The notes beneath the pieces were generated by a model, which was not told the DNA's origin, did no database searches, and saw only the letters and a list, made by a program, of their open reading frames with translations. This document shows positions 55,779 to 64,000 of a stretch of DNA of 64,000 bases, one piece after another (positions within the stretch are counted from its first letter, which is position 1; each line of letters starts with the position of its first letter). The stretch is taken from positions 74,276,001-74,340,000 of the forward strand of contig NC_043007.1 of the NCBI RefSeq assembly GCF_006345805.1, given 5' to 3'. The DNA comes from Octopus sinensis (Eukaryota). The position numbers and the translations under genes were made by a program.

Positions 55779-57729
55779 GCATGTTTGCATGCCGGTGTGT
55801 TTATGTCCCCATAAGTTAGCGGTTCAGCAAAAAAGAGACCGATAAAATAAATACTAGGCTTACAAAGAATAAGTCCTGGGGTCGATTTACTCGACTAGAA
55901 GGCGGTGCTCCAGCATGGCCACAGTCACATGACTGAAACAAGTAAAAGAGTATATACATATAGTCACTATGAGGATATTTAGACCTCTTATAGGGTTATT
56001 TTAATCCAAGATGCACTGGTTTAATATATTGTATTTTGAAGGGATATTCCTTCAATGAATATATTATAAAATATAAACTATCAAATATTATCAAGTTTGA
56101 AAATGGAGAGATTCAATGGATATAAATTAATTTATCAATTAATTATCACCATTGCCAACAATTGTTTCATTTCACATCCAATTTAAATAACAGAGCATAT
56201 ATAAATATATAAGTTTGCTTTTCAAAATATCTTGGGTGGAAAATTTTCAGGGCATGAAAAAGGGCAATACAGAGATTACATTTTGATGAGTTGAAATACT
56301 CAAATAGACTAATAAAAAATGGAGGGAGAGAAGAAAAACAGAGAGCAACAGAAATGTGTTGGGATTAATGGTTCCACATATCATCCTCCTCCTCATCATC
56401 ATCGTCATTTAACATCCATTTTCTATGCTGGTACGGGTTGGACAGTTTGACAAGAGCTGTCCAGACTCCAATTGTCTGTTTTGGCATGGTTTTCTATGGT
56501 TGGATGCCCTTCCTAGCACCAAACACTTTACAGAGTGTGCTGGGTACCTTTCATGTTCCACCAGCATAGGTACATTTATATATATATTTCTTTATTACCC
56601 ACAAGGGGCTAAACATAGAGGGGACAAACAAGGACAGTCAAAGGTATTAAATCGATTACATCGACCCCAGTGCATAACTGGTACTTAATTTATTGACCCC
56701 GAAAGGATGAAAGACAAAGTCGACCTCAGCGGAATTTGAACTCAGAACGTAACGACATGGCACCAGCACAAGTGCATTTTGCATGGCACCAGCACCTGCA
56801 AAGGGCATGTCTGTATGTATGGATGACCATGATAATACTTAGCATGATGTTTTCTCCTCAAGCACAGCAAATTACCACAACTCCTGGCCCCTTGTCATTT
56901 CCTCAGTGAGGCCCAGCATTTGAAGATCTTTTCTCACCACTTTGTCCCATGTCTTCCTGGGTCTACCCCTTTAAGAGTTGTTGAAGCATGGAACACACTG
57001 CTAGCATCAGTTGTTAGTTGTCAGAGCACTGCATCCTTCAAAACTTCCATGCTTCCTGAGATTCGCCAGTACTGCACCTGATTTTTTTCCCCTCCATACA
57101 CATGCAAGCATGTATCTGACTCATACACTGTTCACCTCCCAGACATTTGTACATTACTGTATAAATTTTATATGCACTTTTGACAAGTAGTGGTGCACCT
57201 GAGCACTGTATACAATAATTTCATTATTATTTTCTTTTTTCCATAGGTTCACCCCACAATTAGAAATCAGCATTTCTTTAAGCAGCTGTCCTCATCCATA
57301 TGCATCAGATGACCTAACCAGTGCAGTTTTTCTCTCTTACACACAACATCTAATGCCTGTTATACCCAGTTGTCCTCTTAAACCATTTACACTCTGTCAT
57401 ATGTGCACACTGACATTACCCATCAAGTGCTGGCTTCATTTCTTTCAAGCCTTCACATGTCCTCTGCAGTCATAGCCCATGTTTCACTGTCATGTGGCGT
57501 AGCATAGCTGTACATACACAGGTATCATACAATCTGCCTTCCACTCTGAGGGGAGGCGAAAGGAGAGAGAGGGAAGGGGAGGTGAAAGGAGTGAGCAAGG
57601 AGGGGAACAAGGAAGAGGGCAAGGAGGGGAGGAGCAGAAAGAGAATGTGGTGATGATGATGATGATACTCTTTAAAAATGTTGATCAGGATTTTTTTACT
57701 TTTTTGTTTCTTCCCAGTAGAGAAACATG

Positions 57730-57764
57730 AGAAGAAGAAGAAGAAGAAGAAGAAGAAGAAGAAG

Positions 57765-57797
<33 letters not shown>

Positions 57798-57950
57798 ACG
57801 CTGGAAGAGGCAGAGGCGGCAGAGGAAGAGGAGGAGGAGGAGGAGGGGGAGAGGAGGAGGAGGCAGAGGAGGAGGAGGCAGAGGAGGAGGAGGCAGAGGA
57901 GGAGGAGGCAGAGGAGGCGGAAGAGGCGGGGGAGGAGGAGGAATAAGCTG
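57730..57950. repeat. (GAA)n followed by (GGA/GGC)-rich polypurine tract
   Basis: Direct reading. Confidence 0.95.
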
Positions 57951-58909
57951 ACTTTAGTGTGCAAATAATATAACATCATTTGAAATGTCAAGTCCCTTGA
58001 GACAGCGTGTAGGCATTAAATATATAAAAAAGCTCATCAAGACAGCGAAGACAGCAACAGCATGGTTTGGATATGCAATCAAAAGGGATGGGAAGTCTCA
58101 GAGTGAAAGAAAGCACAGCAAGGCACAGCGATGACTGTGTGGGAGAAGTCTGCTTCCCAACCACATTGTTCTGGTTCAGTCCCACTGTGTGGCACCTTGG
58201 GGCAAGTGTCTTCTACTATAGCCTCAAGACAATCAAAGCCTTGCGAGTAGATATTGTAGATGGAAACTGAAAGAAGCCCATCGTATACATACGATGATGA
58301 TGTATTAGTGTTCAGCTTTTGATGAATAATCTGTACAAATGATTTGTTTGTAGGGATCAAATGTTCTTGCCACACATTAGCTCACTCCCTCCATTGAATC
58401 AACATTGTCTGAAAAGGTGCACTGTGTACCACGTATTAGGTGTTGAAGTGATCGCAGAGCAATGCAAGATGAAGTGTCTTGCTCAAGAACACAAAACACC
58501 ACCCAGTCAAGGAATTGAAATCACGATCTTGTGATATGTGAGTGTAACACCCTACCCACTGAGCCATGTATGTATATGAATATGTGTGTGTGTGTGTGTG
58601 TGTTTTAGTATATATTTATGTATGTGTGTCTTTGTGTCTGTGTTTGTCTCCTCATCACCACTTCCCAACCAGTGTTGGTGTGTTTACATCCCCATAAATT
58701 AGTGGTTCAGCAAAAAGAGACTGATAAAACCCTTCAAGCCAGTGCTCCAGCATGGCTATAGTCAAATGATTGAAACAAATAAAAAATAAAAGAAGAGTGC
58801 AATGGGTAAACTGTCACCATCTTATGGTTTTAATTTTGCGCATGCGCATTATTTACTTTTGATTTTGTTGACTACCTAGTATAGTAGGGACAATTGGGCA
58901 CTATCTGTG

Positions 58910-59660
58910 AGAAAAACAACATCATGACACAATTCACTCTGTCAGAAATTTTGAAACAATATGCTGTACTACTTGGCATTCACACTGAAAGCTCGAATCT
59001 GAACATTTCAGAGTGTTTGGGTGTCAATCTGAGGACAGTGCAATCTGAGGACATGTACCAAGAGTGATAAAAATCAAACACCCAGTCAACATCATAGTAT
59101 TTGGAGTGATCTCTAGCGATGGCAACATTATGCCTCCATTCATCTTCCCACACAGCCTCAGAGGCCTACATCAAGTACCTGGAGGTGGTAGTGCTTCCCT
59201 GGGTCAAGAGGGTGGCTGCTGGAAGACACTATATCTGGCAATAGGACTCTGTACCATGCCACACAAGCAGGAGAACCCAGTCGTGGCTGTCAGAGAATTT
59301 CTGCGACCACATCACCCCTAACATCTGGCCACCTAACAACTCCCCAGACTACAATCCCCTCGATTATTATTTGTGGGGTGCAGTTTAGTGAGAGATCAAC
59401 AAAACTCCTTATAAAACCAAAGATGAACTGAAGACATGTATTATGGCATCATTCACCAACTTAAACAAAGGAAACCATCCAGAAGATTTGCAGAAGATTC
59501 CGAAGTCATCTGGAGGCCATGGTTGAAGACAATGGCGATTTTATTGACTAAATTTGCTCTTTAGTATTCCAAGACACTTTCATATAATTTTTGTCAAATG
59601 AGAAGTCAGTGTTATTTTCATTTTTACATAATTTAGATGACAGTTTATTCATTACATCCT
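58910..59660 (+). mobile_element. Deleted Tc1/mariner (maT-like) element
   Basis: KHPVNIIVFGVISSDGNIMPPFIF, WPP..PDYNPLDYY; ends in the TIR-like TTATTCATTACATCCTG-TA. Confidence 0.75.
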
Positions 59661-59953
59661 GTATATAAATATGTGTGTGTGTGTGTGTATGTATATAAAT
59701 GCACATATATATATATATGTATGTGTATATACATATGTGTATGTATGTATGTATGTATGTATGTATGTGTGTATGTATGTATGTATGTATGCATGTATGT
59801 ATGTTTGTATGTATATATATATATATATATATCCAATCAAGAACGGCCATAATAGGCCATTCACCCACTAGAAATAACAGCCAAAAAGCTTCAACCGCAA
59901 AATAACATTAATTCCGTAAACCAGGAGAAAATTAAAAAAACATTTACCCTGAA

Positions 59954-60058
59954 ATTCCTTATACGATGCACCGTTTCGTCTATGTTTAATGGTAAACTAA
60001 CCTGATTAAATTAAATCAAGCCATCTACCATAGGCCCTTAGATTCATCAGTAAGGAAT
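59954..60058 (-). ncRNA. Type I hammerhead ribozyme, array unit 1
   Basis: ATTCCTTA-CTGATGA-ATCTA..TAGAC-GAAA-CGGTGCATCG-TA-TAAGGAAT. Confidence 0.8.
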
Positions 60059-60439
60059 AGCCAAATCGGAACAGATATTTTTCACGAGGCATTCACGTCC
60101 ATGCCTCGCCAATATCTGACCTAAAATTTCAAATCGTCGCACTCGCGCCAAATTTATCGGCAGCAAATAAGTATAAGCCGCCGATTCCTTACGGAACTAA
60201 CCAGAAAATTCATAATTAATCAATATAGGAGGCAAAAAAATTTTGTAGAATTCTTTTGCCCCCAGCGGCCTAGTGGGAAAAAATTAAATAGTCATAAACC
60301 ATTTTTAAGTTCAATATCACAATCAAGGACGGCCATAATAGGCCATTCACCCACTAGAAATAACAGCCAAAAAGCTTCAACCGCAAAATAACATTAATTC
60401 CGTAAACCAGGAGAAAATTAAAAAAACATTTACCCTGAA

Positions 60440-60546
60440 ATTCCTTATACGATGCACCGTTTCGTCTACTGTTTAATGGTAAACTAACCTGATTAAATTA
60501 AATCAAGCCAATCTACCATAGGCCCTTAGATTCATCAGTAAGGAAT
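60440..60546 (-). ncRNA. Type I hammerhead ribozyme, array unit 2
   Basis: 8-bp stem I, canonical CUGAUGA/GAAA core, near-palindromic stem III, GUA triplet. Confidence 0.8.
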
Positions 60547-60931
60547 AGCCAAATCGGAACAGATATTTTTCACGAGGCATTCACGTCCATGCCTCGCAAT
60601 ATCTGACCTAAAATTTTCAAATCGTCGCACTCGCCGCCAAATTTATCGGCAGCAAATAAGTATAAGCCGCCGATTCCATTACGGAACTAACCAGAAAATT
60701 CATAATTAATCAATATAGGGAGGCAAAAAAATTTTGTAGAATTCTTTTGCCCCCAGCGGCCTAGTGGGAAAAAATTAAATAGTCATAAACCATTTTTAAG
60801 TTCAATATCACAATCAAGGAACGGCCATAATAGGCCATTCACCCACTAGAAATAACAGCCAAAAAGCTTCAACCGCAAAATAACATTAATTCCGTAAACC
60901 AGGAGAAAATTAAAAAAACATTTACCCTGAA

Positions 60932-61037
60932 ATTCCTTATACGATGCACCGTTTCGTCTACTGTTTAATGGTAAACTAACCTGATTAAATTAAATCAAGC
61001 CAATCTACCATAGGCCTTAGATTCATCAGTAAGGAAT
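60932..61037 (-). ncRNA. Type I hammerhead ribozyme, array unit 3
   Basis: Same fold as unit 2. Confidence 0.8.
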
Positions 61038-61421
61038 AGCCAAATCGGAACAGATATTTTTCACGAGGCATTCACGTCCATGCCTCGCCAATATCTGACC
61101 TAAAATTTTCAAATCGTCGCACTCGCGCCAAATTTATCGGCAGCAAATAAGTATAAGCCGCCGATTCCATTACGGAACTAACCAGAAAATTCATAATTAA
61201 TCAATATAGGGAGGCAAAAAATTTTGTAGAATTCTTTTGCCCCCAGCGGCCTAGTGGGAAAAAATTAAATAGTCATAAACCATTTTTAAGTTCAATATCA
61301 CAATCAAGGAACGGCCATAATAGGCCATTCACCCACTAGAAATAACAGCCAAAAAGCTTCAACCGCAAAATAACATTAATTCCGTAAACCAGGAGAAAAT
61401 TAAAAAAACATTTACCCTGAA

Positions 61422-61528
61422 ATTCCTTATACGATGCACCGTTTCGTCTACTGTTTAATGGTAAACTAACCTGATTAAATTAAATCAAGCCAATCTACCA
61501 TAGGCCCTTAGATTCATCAGTAAGGAAT
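61422..61528 (-). ncRNA. Type I hammerhead ribozyme, array unit 4
   Basis: Same fold as unit 2. Confidence 0.8.
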
Positions 61529-61912
61529 AACCAAATCGGAACAGATATTTTTCACGAGGCATTCACGTCCATGCCTCGCCAATATCTGACCTAAAATTTT
61601 CAAATCGTCGCACTCGCGCCAAATTTATCGGCAGCAAATAAGTATAAGCCGCCGATTCCATTACGGAACTAACCAGAAAATTCATAATAATCAAATAGGG
61701 AGGCAAAAAAATTTTGTAGAATTCTTTTGCCCCCAGCGGCCTAGTGGGAAAAAAAATTAAATAGTCATAAACCATTTTTAAGTTCAATATCACAATCAAG
61801 GAACGGCCATAATAGGCCATTCACCCACTAGAAATAACAGCCAAAAAGCTTCAACCGCAAAATAACATTAATTCCGTAACCAGGAGAAAATTAAAAAAAC
61901 ATTTACCCTGAA

Positions 61913-62018
61913 ATCCTTATACGATGCACCGTTTCGTCTACTGTTTAATGGTAAACTAACCTGATTAAATTAAATCAAGCCAATCTACCATAGGCCCTTA
62001 GATTCATCAGTAAGGAAT
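61913..62018 (-). ncRNA. Type I hammerhead ribozyme, array unit 5
   Basis: Same fold, with one base missing in the stem I 3' strand (TAAGGAT). Confidence 0.75.
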
Positions 62019-62617
62019 AACCAAATCGGAACAGATTTTTTTCACGAGGCATTCAGTCCATGCCTCGCCAATATCTGACCTAAAATTTTCAAATCGTCGC
62101 ACTCGCGCCAAATTTATCGGCAGCAAATAAGTATAAGCCGCCGATTCCATTACGGAACTAACCAGAAAATTCATATTAATCAATATAGGGAGGCAAAAAA
62201 ATTTTGTAGAATTCTTTTGCCCCCAGCGGCCTAGTGGAAAAAATTAAATAGTCATAAACCATTTTTAAGTTCAATATCACAATCAAGGAACGGCCATAAT
62301 AGGCCATTCACCCACTAGAAATAACAGCCAAAAAGCTTCAACCGCAAAATAACATTAATTCCGTAAACCAGGAGAAAATTAAAAAACAACATTTACCCTG
62401 AAATTCCTTATACGATGCACCGTTTCGTCTAAATTTTTTGCCTCCCTATATTGATTAATTATGAATTTTCTGGTTAGTTCCGTAATGGAATCGGCGGCTT
62501 ATACTTATTTGCTGCCGATAAATTTGGCTGCGAGTGCGACGATTTGAAATTTTAGGTCAGATATTGGCGAGGCATGGACGTGAATGCCTCGTGAAAAATA
62601 TCTGTTCCGATTTGGCT

Positions 62618-62724
62618 ATTCCTTACTGATGAATCTAAGGGCCTATGGTAGATTGGCTTGATTTAATTTAATCAGGTTAGTTTACCATTAAACAGTAGAC
62701 GAAATGGTGCATCGTATAAGGAAT
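62618..62724 (+). ncRNA. Type I hammerhead ribozyme, inverted unit
   Basis: ATTCCTTA-CTGATGA-ATCTA..TAGAC-GAAA-TGGTGCATCG-TA-TAAGGAAT. C15.2 is T, giving a U-G wobble. Confidence 0.75.
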
Positions 62725-63187
62725 TTCAGGGTAAATGTTTTTTTTAATTTCTCCTGGTTTACGGAATTAATGTTATTTTGCGGTTGAAGCTTTTGGCTGT
62801 TATTTCTAGTGGGTGAATGGCCTATTATGGCCGTTCCTTGATTGTGATATTGAACTAAAATGGTTTATGACTATTAATTTTTTCCCACTAGGCCGCTGGG
62901 GGCAAAGAATTCTACAAAATTTTTTTGCCTCCCTATATTGATTAATTATATATATATATATATTATATATATATATGTATAATATATATATTTCTTAACT
63001 ACCCACAAGGGGCTAAACACAGAGGGGACAAACAAGGACAGACAAGGGATTAAGTCAATAACATCGACCCCAGTGCGTAACTGGTACTTAATTTATCGAC
63101 CTCGGCAGAATTTGAACTCGGAACGTAACGACAGATGAAATACGGCTACGAATTTCGCCCAGTGTGCTGACGTTTCTACCAGCTCGC

Positions 63188-63269
<82 letters not shown>

Positions 63270-63373
63270 ATATATATGTATATATAATTTTATGTATGTA
63301 TATATATGTATGTATATATGTATGTTATATATATATATGTATGTATATATATATATGTAGATATATATATATT

Positions 63374-63443
<70 letters not shown>

Positions 63444-63476
63444 ATATATATATGTATGTATATATATATATGTATA

Positions 63477-63533
<57 letters not shown>

Positions 63534-64000
63534 ATATGTATGTATGTATATATATATGTATATATAGGTACATATCTATACATATAAATTTGACATGGGT
63601 GATTCTTTCTTTTCTTGGGACTCACAGTCAAATGGCTGGGTGGAATTGCACGAAAAATTACACAGATGTGTAGAATGATCCAGTGGTGATGCTAAGCTTT
63701 GTACTTTTTCATAGCTCGCATTGTTACTGAGATAATCTACTATAATAATACTCTTGTGTTTATGAATGAGAAAAGAAGGGGTGATAGATGAATAAGGAAG
63801 GAAGGGGTGATGTCATACTTGGTAGTGGGATGATGAAAATTGTACTCTGAAAAAATAAATCAAACAGCGTTTCAACTCTGTGTGAATATATGTGTGTGTA
63901 TGTAAAAGGGGAGTATGTGAATGTGTGTGTGTATGTGTTTTATGCGTGTGCACACAAATGGAAGTGGGATAGTTTAACTTTGTTTGCTTAGTATTTGGGT

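Larger units (their letters stand above)
59834..62948. repeat. ~490-bp tandem array (about 5.3 direct units plus ~1.07 inverted unit) with one hammerhead per complete unit; candidate non-LTR retrozyme
   Basis: The CGGCCATAATAGGCC marker occurs at 59844, 60330, 60822, 61312, 61804 and 62291 (periods 486-492). The inversion junction is at about 62431. (TA)n lies on both flanks. Confidence 0.95.

Noticed and set aside
61563-61820. 85-aa ORF inside the tandem array
   Set aside because: Not maintained in other units (1-bp indels) and has no recognisable domain.
59834-62430. CRISPR or rDNA/snRNA interpretation of the tandem array
   Set aside because: Units are near-identical 490-mers without unique spacers, and I recognise no 5S or snRNA sequence.

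Overview
AT-rich, repeat-dense eukaryotic DNA. The SINE families and microsatellites suggest a coleoid cephalopod such as Octopus (inference). One complete spliced gene can be reconstructed on the minus strand: a 7-exon, 282-aa tandem-repeat (two-CRD) galectin running from 49600 to 17137. The rest is transposon debris: a young Penelope-like retroelement folded into a 2.4-kb inverted structure (1-2560), older Penelope, LINE and Tc1/mariner relics, four short interspersed repeat families and several foldback elements. The standout is a ~490-bp tandem array at 59834-62948 (about 5.3 direct units plus one inverted unit, embedded in (TA)n). Each complete unit folds into a type I hammerhead ribozyme with a canonical core, the architecture of a non-LTR retrozyme that could release ~490-nt monomeric or circular RNAs. 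Several other intact or decayed hammerhead motifs occur across the window. One has a fully canonical core and lies on the sense strand of galectin intron 1. All folds and translations were done by eye; no database searches were run.
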